A stretch of DNA of 64,000 bases from Planctomycetaceae bacterium (GTDB taxonomy: Bacteria > Planctomycetota > Planctomycetia > Pirellulales > Thermoguttaceae): NCBI GenBank assembly GCA_031277105.1, contig JAISLW010000268.1:98698-162697 (forward strand). The letters run 5' to 3'. The translations under genes were made by a program, and so were the position numbers. Below are positions 51,295-60,444 of the stretch, one piece after another (within the stretch, counting starts at the first letter, position 1; each line of letters starts with the position of its first letter). The notes beneath the pieces were generated by a model. It was not told where the DNA came from, did no database searches, and saw only the letters and a program-made list of their open reading frames with translations.

Positions 51295-52428
51295 CTAAAA
51301 CGGCACGTCTTTCAAATAAGCGCCGCCATCGTCGTCTACATCATCGTCTGACCATCGGTCAACGATACTGCTAGACTTCTTTTTTGGCGCCGCCGTTTTA
51401 GCGGACGCTTCATCGCCGCTTTCATCAAAACCGCCTTTAACAATTTTCGATTTCTTTGCAGACGTTTTGTCTTCGTCTTCATCGTCGTCTTCTACAGGTT
51501 TGGTAACAACCGTTTTCTTTGGTTGCGGTTTAATGGGCGCTTCGTCTTCGTCGTTGTCGTTGTCATCGTCATCGTTGCGTACAGGTTTATTGCTTAATTT
51601 TGGTCTCGCAGATTCGCTTTTTGCCGTTTTATTGTTAGCCGATGATTCGTGTTTCCCATCGTCCGAATCGCCTGACCAATCCGAAGTATTGTCGCTGTCG
51701 TCTAGGTGATGGTTATTAAACAATGATTCAATTTCTTTGTACGAAAGTCTAACTAAACAACTGTCAAGATCGACCATTTGATCAAGTATTGATTCGTCGT
51801 ATTTGTTTTTACGTTGTTTGAATTCTATTTGTGTTGCGGCGTAATATTTTTGCTTGTTGGCTAATGCGAATTGACCAATATTTATTTTTAGCGTCGAACC
51901 TACTTCAAGGTCGGCGAAATATTGATAATGTTCATCGTCTTCGTCGGCGTTTTTTATTAAATCGTTCAACTTGTCGCCAAACAAAAAAGTCGGTTGATCT
52001 AAAACGTATTGTTTACCGTCGTCCAAATTAATGACGTTATACAATTCGCGATGTTGCGGTCGATACGCCTTTATTTGCGCTTGTTCTACTGGATCGTTAT
52101 AGTTCAACGTTAAAATATGTTCGCAAATTGGACACGGTTTACCCCAAGTATGTTTTGGGCAAATTATTGACGTAATGTTGCCGCCGACGTTTTTATGGAC
52201 GGCATAATTGCACACGTACCAAAGACCGTCGACGGCGTATTTGTGTTTATCGGGATGTTTCACACGATATGGCAAAACATCCAATTTGACTACGCCTGCT
52301 TCGGTAAATTTCAGGAACATTAAGCCATCCGGCAATTGGACGCAGCCTGTGCCTTTTTTCGGTTGCGTTAAATCTTGAGCGTACTGTTTAGCGCTCAAAC
52401 GATTCGCTTTATGATTCATTCCTACCAT
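51295..52428 (-). CDS. T4 gp32-like single-stranded DNA-binding protein
   Basis: Zn-finger block CPKHTWGKPCPICEHI (compare T4 C-x-x-x-H...C-P-V-C-Q-Y-I), a DQMVDLDS block (T4 EQMVDLS), and a long acidic C-terminal tail. Strong SD. Confidence 0.7.
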   Translation of the reverse strand: MVGMNHKANRLSAKQYAQDLTQPKKGTGCVQLPDGLMFLKFTEAGVVKLDVLPYRVKHPDKHKYAVDGLWYVCNYAVHKNVGGNITSIICPKHTWGKPCPICEHILTLNYNDPVEQAQIKAYRPQHRELYNVINLDDGKQYVLDQPTFLFGDKLNDLIKNADEDDEHYQYFADLEVGSTLKINIGQFALANKQKYYAATQIEFKQRKNKYDESILDQMVDLDSCLVRLSYKEIESLFNNHHLDDSDNTSDWSGDSDDGKHESSANNKTAKSESARPKLSNKPVRNDDDDNDNDEDEAPIKPQPKKTVVTKPVEDDDEDEDKTSAKKSKIVKGGFDESGDEASAKTAAPKKKSSSIVDRWSDDDVDDDGGAYLKDVPF

Positions 52429-52534
52429 TACTAATTTCTCCTATACTTTTCAATCCTTGTTAAAACATGTTATTGCGTACAATTTACTATTTGCGATGGG
52501 ACGCAACAACGTTAAAAATTACGATTTATTCTAG

Positions 52535-53068
52535 TCAACTTGTATGCGATAAAATTTCATCGCCGTTAGTTATTACTTTCGGTTTTATGCCCGGTATCGG
52601 CATACGGTCTTCACGACTATGTTCGTAATTACAATTACGTTCTTTGTACGCCGATTTATCATTCGGAGCAGCGTAATAAGCGGTAACGTGTAATTGAACC
52701 AAACATTCCAATCCTTTTTTCTTGCTTTCCAAAGCGTTAATTGCAGCCGTTACTATATCTAGATCGTATTTACATCTGATTACATGTTGCGCCGCCGCTT
52801 TGACCGCATCGTCTGCAAGTAAAGCCGCTTCTATCAACCCTTCCGTTACTTTCGTTAAACCGTAGGATTCCGGATTCTTGCGTATTTCCAAACTCGTATC
52901 TGCTCGCAATACTTCTTCTTGCCGTTTCGCTTCTTCGTACCGCATCCTAGCATTCGCAGCCTTTGCAGTATAATTGTAAACCCGTTGCGGATGATTTACC
53001 CATTCTTCCGCTAAATTATCTGAATCTATCTCAAAATGAGCCGCATCAATTTCAATTTCCATTTTCAA
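52535..53068 (-). CDS. UvsY-like recombination mediator candidate
   Basis: 177-aa helical protein next to the SSB. Its pattern is loosely similar to T4 UvsY; weak. Confidence 0.3.
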   Translation of the reverse strand: MKMEIEIDAAHFEIDSDNLAEEWVNHPQRVYNYTAKAANARMRYEEAKRQEEVLRADTSLEIRKNPESYGLTKVTEGLIEAALLADDAVKAAAQHVIRCKYDLDIVTAAINALESKKKGLECLVQLHVTAYYAAPNDKSAYKERNCNYEHSREDRMPIPGIKPKVITNGDEILSHTS

Positions 53069-53198
53069 CCTCCTTAATTAAATTATCAATTTGTTAGGTT
53101 ACTCCTCGCAAAAACGTAATAGCGCCGATTACGCTTTTTAAGTCTTGCAATAAAGTATGCCTTGAAACAAATCAGAATTAGTCCGTATTTGTAAGTTT

Positions 53199-54161
53199 TT
53201 ATGCGTTTTTCCACGCCATATAACATGCCCACGCTATACCTGCTTTTTTGGAATCGTAAGTATTGTCTAAAAAATAGTGCATACATTTTGCGGATTTATC
53301 GCAATTACTCCAAGCGTTCAACAACGCCGTATTCAACCAGCCTAAAATAGCGTAACGAATAGACTCCGGTTCGTTGTTGTCCAATACGACTTTCAATACT
53401 TTCGCAACTTCTTTCCACGTAGGTTTACGATTCAACGTCGTCAACAATTTACATAAATCCGCTATTGACGCTGTAAACGAAACGTCGCAAGATATAGATT
53501 TCAACCGCGTCTCATCATCAGGCAATTCAAGTAATTGGGCAAGTTTAACCAAACAACGTCTAGCCGAACCTTCCGAATATTTCGCTAATTCCGCTAAAAC
53601 AGTTTCACTCATTTCGCCGCTTTCCTCCAAAAGCACGTGATTACATAACTCTATCAGATCGCTTTCGGGAATAGGCTTGAAAGTCAATTGCGAACATCTG
53701 TTTTTAACAGTCGGCAATAATTTTTGCGGATCGGTCGTACACAAAATAATGTAAGCGTGATTAGGCGTTTCTTCCAATATTTTAAGTAAAGCCGATTGCG
53801 CTTGCGTTGACAACAACGCCGCCTCGTCCATAATCCAACATCGATTACTAGAATCGCCAGATAACGGTTGATAATGAATAGATTCACGGATCGACCGTAC
53901 CATATCTACGCCAGTTGCGTCGGCGGCGTTAATCTCTATTAAATCACGCGGCGGTTTACAACGTAATTTTTTAGCAATCAACCTAGCAAGAGAAGTTTTC
54001 CCGCTGCCGGTCAAACCCGTCAATAATAAAGCATGCGGAACCGCATCCTTATCAAACCAACCTTTGACTATATCCACAATATCATCTTGACCTACAACTT
54101 GCCGGAAATTTTTCGGACGATACTTGCGATACAATTCAACAACCCCATCGCCATCACTCAT
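53199..54161 (-). CDS. AAA+ clamp-loader subunit (RFC / DNA pol III gamma-tau-like)
   Basis: Walker A LLLTGLTGSGKTSLARL, Walker B CWIMDEAALLS, and sensor-1/SRC-like VKNRCSQLTFKP. Confidence 0.8.
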   Translation of the reverse strand: MSDGDGVVELYRKYRPKNFRQVVGQDDIVDIVKGWFDKDAVPHALLLTGLTGSGKTSLARLIAKKLRCKPPRDLIEINAADATGVDMVRSIRESIHYQPLSGDSSNRCWIMDEAALLSTQAQSALLKILEETPNHAYIILCTTDPQKLLPTVKNRCSQLTFKPIPESDLIELCNHVLLEESGEMSETVLAELAKYSEGSARRCLVKLAQLLELPDDETRLKSISCDVSFTASIADLCKLLTTLNRKPTWKEVAKVLKVVLDNNEPESIRYAILGWLNTALLNAWSNCDKSAKCMHYFLDNTYDSKKAGIAWACYMAWKNA

Positions 54162-54340
54162 TCAAAATCCCTTTCGCATTTTTAAGCATACTTGAATTTC
54201 ATTAACGCAAAAACGTCAAATTCAAGCAAGAACAATTTAAAATAAATTATTTGCAAACGATAACGTAACCGTTCATAAATTAGATATTAGATTTCGTCAA
54301 TTTAATCAATAAAAAATAATCGCAACATATTGACCATTTA

Positions 54341-54634
54341 TTATTCGTTCAAATCGCTTTCGTCTAAACCGTAACATTGTTCGTCCGCTATCCAACAATA
54401 ATCTTGCGGCGGATCATCGCAATTATCATCAGACGGTTCATCAACGTCGTCAAAATAACGCTTGTCGTCAAAATACCCATCGTCGTAATTTTCGTATAAC
54501 GGCCAATAGTAATCGTTACTTGAAAATTCATCGTCTAAATATGAATCGTCGTCGTCAAGATATTCGTAATCATCTTCTACGAATTGCCCATACTCGTCGT
54601 CAAAACCAAAATACACAATACAAACTCCTTTCAA
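54341..54634 (-). CDS. extremely acidic Asp/Tyr-rich small protein (DNA-mimic candidate)
   Basis: 97 aa. By hand count about 26 Asp + 9 Glu against 3 basic residues, plus 13 Tyr. Confidence 0.5.
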   Translation of the reverse strand: MKGVCIVYFGFDDEYGQFVEDDYEYLDDDDSYLDDEFSSNDYYWPLYENYDDGYFDDKRYFDDVDEPSDDNCDDPPQDYCWIADEQCYGLDESDLNE

Positions 54635-54716
54635 TTGTTTTAAACTGTTCGTACTTAAATTTTAATTTATCGCCGTTTGCGGTTAATTAAAATTTCTATA
54701 CGCTTATAGCACAAAT

Positions 54717-55082
54717 TTATTTAAGCGTTTCATAGTGTCTGCCGCCGGTACCGCCTATAATTGACCGTAAACGTCTGACTTCAAGATACCGCCTGTACTC
54801 GTCTTCCGATAACCGTAAAGCGCCAACTTGTATTACGCGTTTCGGCTCAAGCGCCCGCAACGGCTTTTGAAAAACGCCGGAACGCAATAATTGATCAAAT
54901 TGATCTTTTAGGACAACTTTGATATAACGCCGTTGACTATCGTCGCGTACTCGTTGTATTATTTCGGGCGGCACGATACTTTCGCGCACCCATCTCTTAA
55001 ACGTCATCACATCTACAGGAATTAAATACGACGCACGGTCAAACGTATAATACAAATTCGAATCATACTTTCGTAATGTCAT
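54717..55082 (-). CDS. hypothetical protein (possible MerR/excisionase-like HTH)
   Basis: Start set at ATG 55082, 5 nt after the polymerase stop; the track start is TTG. Confidence 0.4.
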   Translation of the reverse strand: MTLRKYDSNLYYTFDRASYLIPVDVMTFKRWVRESIVPPEIIQRVRDDSQRRYIKVVLKDQFDQLLRSGVFQKPLRALEPKRVIQVGALRLSEDEYRRYLEVRRLRSIIGGTGGRHYETLK

Positions 55083-55086
55083 TTGC

Positions 55087-56982
55087 TTAATCAATTTTAC
55101 GGTCAATTTTATAAGGTTTTTTATCAAACCACGAACAACCTTTCGGCGACACGTCCGCTTCTACTTCCATCCGCGCTACCAAAAAATCCCAATGTTCATG
55201 CAATTTGTCTATCATTATTTCACTTGCCAACTCTAAATAAGATTGCAATTCATTTTCGGGAACATCCGCAACTATAGAATCATGTATTTGACCGATTAGT
55301 AACGTTTTCATTTTACGCCGCTGCAACTCCTTATGCAGCAAATTCAAACTCCACAACAAACAATGAAAACTTAAACCTTGAATAGGTAAATTTAAAACTT
55401 CGTTGCGAGTAAATACGCCCGAACAACGAAAACCAGACAAAAAATCAACATAACCGTCTTTCAAATATTGACTCCATGTTTTCTTTTTCCATTGGTTATA
55501 TTCAGAAAATCGATTGCCCCAAAAATCAGACTCAATTTTTTTGATATGTTCAAAAAACGAACCTGGCGTAGGTTTGCCGTATTTAATTTCGCCTAATTCC
55601 GTTATGCCGCATTTCGCCAAATGATCTAATACAAATTCGCCGTCGACGGTTTTAAGATCGTTTATTTTAGATTGCGACCATAACCTAGCCGCTATTCCTA
55701 CCCAATACGAACCGTAAAAAGCAGCAAAAACAAAACCGCCTTTAGTAATATTGCGTATCGGTTTACTCACACGCTCCGGAGGCAACATAAAACATTGACA
55801 AGCCATATCACGATGCATATCAGACGTTTTATCAGATAAATAACGCAACATACGACGATCATGATGATAAGCTGCCGCACACTTGACCTCCGACCCAGAA
55901 TAATCTATCTCGACAAAACAATTACCAGAAACACGAGGCACAAAACAAGAACGAACAAGTTTAGCCAACTCCACATCACGAACAGGCATGTTTTGGAAAT
56001 TCGGGTTTTCACTGTTATGAACGCATATTTCATTCGCTATAAAATTATGAAACTCCTCAACATGAATATCGTAAACATCAACTTGATCCTGCAATTGCTC
56101 TACTTTCACAACAACATGATTGTGTTTTGTAATCGATAGAACAATACAACCGTAATCTTCATCAACGTAGTTCATTATGTTTTTTGCTTCGACATACGTA
56201 CCGTCAGCCATACGAATTAGGTGTTCAGGCGTAACGTCGATATAACCTGCAAATCCACGATGGCGTTTAAAATGTACGCGTACAACTTCACGACGACCCG
56301 TTTTACCTGCCCATAATACTTTGCGTAATTGCGGTTTCAATTCATCGTCAAAACAAAAAACGTAATCGCCCGCTTTAACTTCTTCAATTGGAACGCCGAC
56401 AGAATTTTTAGCATAATCTCTATTGACCATAATAAGCGTACCTTTCGCTACGCAACTTGAGCGATATGACGAAACGCCGCCGAGATTGAAAGACGGGTGT
56501 AAAAAACCTTTCGTATCTAATTCATCGCGTATCCCGTATAGATACGTAGCCAATACTTTTTGCAAACTTAAATAGCGTAAATAATCATGTACGAATTCCG
56601 ATTTAGCCGCTAACAAAGACTCTTCCGAAACTTCAGCCCTGCCTGTATCCGTAAACAATTCGCATTTGTAACCCATGTTTCCTTTACGCGATATATTTTT
56701 GCCGTTTTCATCGACTATATTGTCGAATAAAACGTAACTGCATTGTAACCGCGACGACAATTTCATTGTCGAACCGAACATTTTCCGCCATATTTTATAT
56801 TCAGCATACGTTGTTAATTTGTGCTGCAATTGCGTTATTTCGTTTTCCGTTTGCGTAATATTATTATTCAATAAATCTGTATCTATTTTGATGCCGTTAG
56901 TTTCAATTGCCGACAAACAAATCGTACCGTCAAGCAACAATTGAACAGCTTCGCGCGTAACAGGTTCAACGCGATTATTCAT
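55087..56982 (-). CDS. family A DNA polymerase, polymerase domain only, interrupted by a mini-intein
   Basis: Motif A EIDYSGSEVK, motif B RNITKGGFVFAAFYGS, motif C LIGQIHDSIVAD. The conserved ..R-x-S-S-x-x-P-N-x-Q-N-x-P block is split as YRSS|C...HN|SENPNFQNMP. No 3'-5' or 5'-3' exonuclease region in this ORF. Confidence 0.85.
   Translation of the reverse strand: MNNRVEPVTREAVQLLLDGTICLSAIETNGIKIDTDLLNNNITQTENEITQLQHKLTTYAEYKIWRKMFGSTMKLSSRLQCSYVLFDNIVDENGKNISRKGNMGYKCELFTDTGRAEVSEESLLAAKSEFVHDYLRYLSLQKVLATYLYGIRDELDTKGFLHPSFNLGGVSSYRSSCVAKGTLIMVNRDYAKNSVGVPIEEVKAGDYVFCFDDELKPQLRKVLWAGKTGRREVVRVHFKRHRGFAGYIDVTPEHLIRMADGTYVEAKNIMNYVDEDYGCIVLSITKHNHVVVKVEQLQDQVDVYDIHVEEFHNFIANEICVHNSENPNFQNMPVRDVELAKLVRSCFVPRVSGNCFVEIDYSGSEVKCAAAYHHDRRMLRYLSDKTSDMHRDMACQCFMLPPERVSKPIRNITKGGFVFAAFYGSYWVGIAARLWSQSKINDLKTVDGEFVLDHLAKCGITELGEIKYGKPTPGSFFEHIKKIESDFWGNRFSEYNQWKKKTWSQYLKDGYVDFLSGFRCSGVFTRNEVLNLPIQGLSFHCLLWSLNLLHKELQRRKMKTLLIGQIHDSIVADVPENELQSYLELASEIMIDKLHEHWDFLVARMEVEADVSPKGCSWFDKKPYKIDRKID
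56014..56454 (-). mobile_element. mini-intein (147 aa, no endonuclease domain) in DNA polymerase
   Basis: Begins CVAKGTLIMV and ends EICVHN, followed by +1 Ser. It is inserted in the conserved block just upstream of PNFQNMP. Confidence 0.75.
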
Positions 56983-59444
56983 ATTAACCTCGCAATTGGT
57001 TTTTTATTGTTCGTCTCATCTTTCAAACGTTCTAATAATTCATGCAACATATTCATATTGTCAACTTTTTTGCCGCCGTCCATTACAGACTGAAACGTAC
57101 TCTGTTTCCGTTGCAAAATATCGCAAACGTGATACTCAATAGTTCGATCCGCAACCAAGTACGTACACAATACGTGATTTTTTTGACCTAACCTTCTTGC
57201 TCTGTCTTCCGCTTGTAAATGAACGGCGGGAACGAAATCGCATTCGGCAAAAAGAATTTGATTAGAAGCGGTCAAAGTTATTCCTACTCCGGCGGCGCGC
57301 ATTTGACCGACAAATAATTTCGTTTCAATCCGATCTTGAAATAAATCAACCGCCCGCTGACGATCCGGAATACTCACCGACCCGTCAATCTTCACTACAA
57401 AAGGATGAAGCTTTGTTCCCCTAGAAACATAACGGTCAATAATCCCGTCCAATATCTTATGATGCAAACCGAACACGATTAGTTTGCCGTCCGACTCCTC
57501 AAAAAACGTATCTATCCAATCGTAAATATGCGGCAATTTCCATTCCGCTACTTGACGCTTCAAATAGCCCAATTTCATTAACATTAACGAAGCGTCGTTG
57601 TCCATTTGAGTTTTGTTTGGAAATTTTTCACGATACCATTCGCCAAACGCCATGCACATTTCACGATATTCGTTCATGTTGCTTTTCGATAATTCTACAG
57701 GTAATATTTGCCTAGTTTTTTCAGGTAAATCGGGCAATACATCCGTAATCAATCTGCGTATCATGCAAGATTTGACCAACCGTTTATGCAATTCAGGCAA
57801 CCGCCGCGACCCTTCGTACCTAAAACCAAAACGAGTCAATACAAGTTTAGAATAACGAGTACAAAACTCCCGACGCGACTCTATTCCATCCTTGCCCAAA
57901 ATCATTCGCAATATCGGATACAACTCAATCGGATGATTCGTCATCGGCGTACCCGATATGCCAATAAAATGCGGAACATTAGAAGCAAGTTTAGCCAACG
58001 CTTTAGTACGATCCGCAAAAGGCGATTTAACATAATGGCACTCGTCTGCTACGATAATTGCAGGATTCAGATTTAACAATTGCGGCAACCATTTCTTTAA
58101 TATATCGTAATTGATAATATAAACCGCTTCGTTGTCAGGCTTCAATTCAAACGTTTTACCGCTAGATAAAATAATTGAACGTTTGTCAAAATGCATCATA
58201 AATTCACGCTGCCAATTCAATTTTAACGTCGCAGGACAAACAACTATCGCAGGATACGTTTGAGCGTCAATTATGTACTTGATCGCTTGTATCGTATTGT
58301 GCGTCAAAATAAAATCGTTAGTGATATAAAGATGATCCGGCGAATCAACGGCAATACAGACCATTTGTTCACTTGTACCTAATTTTTCAATTTTAGATAT
58401 TGCACGAGTCGGCGAATATTTACCTGTAATATTAGGATAAATTCTTGATTTGCGAGACGTATAAAACGGACAAATACCATGCGGTAATGTAAACGCTATT
58501 TTGTATAACGTTCTCCATCCGTTCCCGTTTTGAAACGGTTGCGTTACTTTAATATTTACATTGCCGCCTAACGATTGAAGTAAAAACAATATATCAGATG
58601 CTAACTGACATGAACGATCACCCTCTAAACAAAGTTCTGCTTGACCGCCTGATTCGTTTACGACTCCAATCGTATCCATTAAACCCCGTAACAATTCAAT
58701 ACGGTCTTCTACTGAAGCAAATAAATATAAATCAGGAATAAATCTATATGCGTGCAGATACAGATCATAACAACGACGGATAAGACTATTATTTGTAAAA
58801 TTTTCAAAACAATTATTATCTATGTTATATGTAGAAACAAACGACCAAAGAGGTTCATCAGGATCGTCAGACTCGCTTTTGACCATCTGAATATCGTCAG
58901 GCAAAAACGCCCGAATATAATCTAGTAATTCACTATCATCACTTGACATATATACGTTGTTAGATGAGATTAAACCGCTTCCTAATAAAGCGCCTAACGT
59001 GTACGGGTGAATTGGCAATTCTTTTTGCGGAAATTGTACAGGCTCGGTCAACGGTATAAAATAATCAATATTATCATCGATCAATTCTTGTGTTGTTTTG
59101 ATTAGCGCTGGTTTGTTTTGTTGTTTTCGTTCTGTTGTGTTTACAGCCCATAAATGTTCGGAATTGCAATCGCTGTAAACGCCGTCTTTGAAATATACGC
59201 GATATACGGGCAATTTTCCTTGTGGATATTTGCCGACAACTTTACACGGTTTACCGTTGCCACCGTAAACGGTATCGCCTATACGCAATTTTCCGATGTT
59301 GCGCCAACCGTCGGGCGTAAGCACAGGCGTTGTTACAGGCTGCGCTTTGCCCACGCCCATTGAGTCGGCGAGCAAGACGCGTCCGCCGAAACGTTCTATT
59401 TGGATTACGCCTTGCTCTTGGTACTTGTATAATTTTGTAGTCAT
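56979..59444 (-). CDS. SNF2-family helicase interrupted by an intein in motif I
   Basis: Motif I is split as LADSMGVGK|A...HN|TIQAI. DEAH box IVADECHYVK. C-terminal helicase block QAEDRARRLGQ. Confidence 0.85.
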   Translation of the reverse strand: MTTKLYKYQEQGVIQIERFGGRVLLADSMGVGKAQPVTTPVLTPDGWRNIGKLRIGDTVYGGNGKPCKVVGKYPQGKLPVYRVYFKDGVYSDCNSEHLWAVNTTERKQQNKPALIKTTQELIDDNIDYFIPLTEPVQFPQKELPIHPYTLGALLGSGLISSNNVYMSSDDSELLDYIRAFLPDDIQMVKSESDDPDEPLWSFVSTYNIDNNCFENFTNNSLIRRCYDLYLHAYRFIPDLYLFASVEDRIELLRGLMDTIGVVNESGGQAELCLEGDRSCQLASDILFLLQSLGGNVNIKVTQPFQNGNGWRTLYKIAFTLPHGICPFYTSRKSRIYPNITGKYSPTRAISKIEKLGTSEQMVCIAVDSPDHLYITNDFILTHNTIQAIKYIIDAQTYPAIVVCPATLKLNWQREFMMHFDKRSIILSSGKTFELKPDNEAVYIINYDILKKWLPQLLNLNPAIIVADECHYVKSPFADRTKALAKLASNVPHFIGISGTPMTNHPIELYPILRMILGKDGIESRREFCTRYSKLVLTRFGFRYEGSRRLPELHKRLVKSCMIRRLITDVLPDLPEKTRQILPVELSKSNMNEYREMCMAFGEWYREKFPNKTQMDNDASLMLMKLGYLKRQVAEWKLPHIYDWIDTFFEESDGKLIVFGLHHKILDGIIDRYVSRGTKLHPFVVKIDGSVSIPDRQRAVDLFQDRIETKLFVGQMRAAGVGITLTASNQILFAECDFVPAVHLQAEDRARRLGQKNHVLCTYLVADRTIEYHVCDILQRKQSTFQSVMDGGKKVDNMNMLHELLERLKDETNNKKPIARLI
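58296..59345 (-). mobile_element. class-3-like intein (350 aa) with degenerate LAGLIDADG domain in SNF2 helicase
   Basis: Starts with Ala (AQPVTTPVLTPDGW) and ends FILTHN, followed by +1 Thr. It carries the Trp/Cys/Thr triad expected of class 3 inteins: SEHLW (block B), MVCIAVD (block F), THN (block G). The LAGLIDADG-like blocks LGALLGSGL and LLRGLMDTIG lack the usual acidic residues. Confidence 0.65.
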
Positions 59445-60013
59445 TACTTTAATCCGTAATTTTGAATAGTTTGGGCTGCCGCTCTGAATGCGTCATTGAT
59501 CCGTTGTCCCGACCAACCTGCTTTCAACATTTTACGCGTAAACGATTGAGCGTTACGCCAATGCCAATGAATATGCGGACGGTTCAACATATATTCGTAC
59601 AATATTAAAGCGTCGCCTTTAAATACAGTTTTGAGATCGGACGAATAAATGTACTCGTCAATATTACTTTTTGATTGCGGTATCAAATCGAAATCGGGCA
59701 TTGTTACGCAATGCTGATGCATTCGCATTGCTTCGCCGTTTATTTCGTATAACGCATAACGCGTATGACAAGCAACGTATTTGTCAAATTCTTGCAAATC
59801 AGGATTGTACTTTTGACAAATTACTAAAAATTTGTCTGTACATCTTGACAGCAATTCGTCTTTATCTAACTTGCAATTATTTTTCCACAAAAAGCGTTTA
59901 ATTTGACGCTCGATAATAGGCAACACTTTAACGAACAGGTCGCCGATTTGTACGGATTCTTCTTGTGAAAATCGTACATTATTTTTTTCAAACGGACGTA
60001 ATACATTACGCAT
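59444..60013 (-). CDS. sigma-70 region-2-like protein (phage sigma factor candidate)
   Basis: LDKDELLSRCTDKFLVICQKYNPDLQEFDKYVACHTRYALYE parallels sigma region 2.1-2.3 (D-L-x-Q-E-G...A-x-x-K-F-D-P...F-x-T-Y-A...I-R). Confidence 0.4.
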   Translation of the reverse strand: MRNVLRPFEKNNVRFSQEESVQIGDLFVKVLPIIERQIKRFLWKNNCKLDKDELLSRCTDKFLVICQKYNPDLQEFDKYVACHTRYALYEINGEAMRMHQHCVTMPDFDLIPQSKSNIDEYIYSSDLKTVFKGDALILYEYMLNRPHIHWHWRNAQSFTRKMLKAGWSGQRINDAFRAAAQTIQNYGLK

Positions 60014-60025
60014 AGAATATCTCTC

Positions 60026-60241
60026 TCATTGCGGTTCGTCGTCGATATTGAACGATTCCAATTCGCGTTTCAACACGATACTCAATTCTTGCGGTTTAGG
60101 CGGTATTCCCGAATCAGGTTCGCCTAACGGGATTCCTGCTAATTCTCGTTTTAATTGCGGTTCACGGTCGGCAAAAGCCAGAAGTTCAGACACCGTCATA
60201 TTCGCCGCATCCGCTATTTCATAAAGTGTATTAAACGCCAT
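60026..60241 (-). CDS. small HTH protein
   Basis: LYEIADAANMTVSELLAF is a typical helix-turn-helix. 71 aa. Confidence 0.45.
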   Translation of the reverse strand: MAFNTLYEIADAANMTVSELLAFADREPQLKRELAGIPLGEPDSGIPPKPQELSIVLKRELESFNIDDEPQ

Positions 60242-60386
60242 CCAATATCCCTGACATGATTAAATAACGTTCCTTCGTTACGGTACGTTGGTTACTATTT
60301 CAAACTAATCTTTGATACAGTATGCCTACCTAGAATCAAAAATTAATGACAAAAAATTACGACCCAATTGATCCCCGTTTAACACC

Positions 60387-60410
60387 TATACTGCCCGTAC
60401 TTGAAATTCA
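60387..60410 (-). promoter_or_regulatory. conserved 24-nt intergenic box (minus strand TGAATTTCAAGTACGGGCAGTATA)
   Basis: 22/24 identical to 23573..23596, and likewise preceded by a GC hairpin and CTTTTAAT. Confidence 0.35.
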
Positions 60411-60424
60411 GCGATTAAAAGTAA

Positions 60425-60444
60425 AGACGCAATGCATTGCGTCT
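60425..60444 (-). terminator. terminator-like hairpin (same family)
   Basis: AGACGCAATGCATTGCGTCT is a perfect 20-nt palindrome. Confidence 0.4.

Noticed and set aside
53086-53286. 66-aa minus-strand ORF overlapping the 3' end of the clamp-loader gene.
   Set aside because: It is out of frame within and just past a well-supported gene, with an unremarkable basic sequence and no SD.
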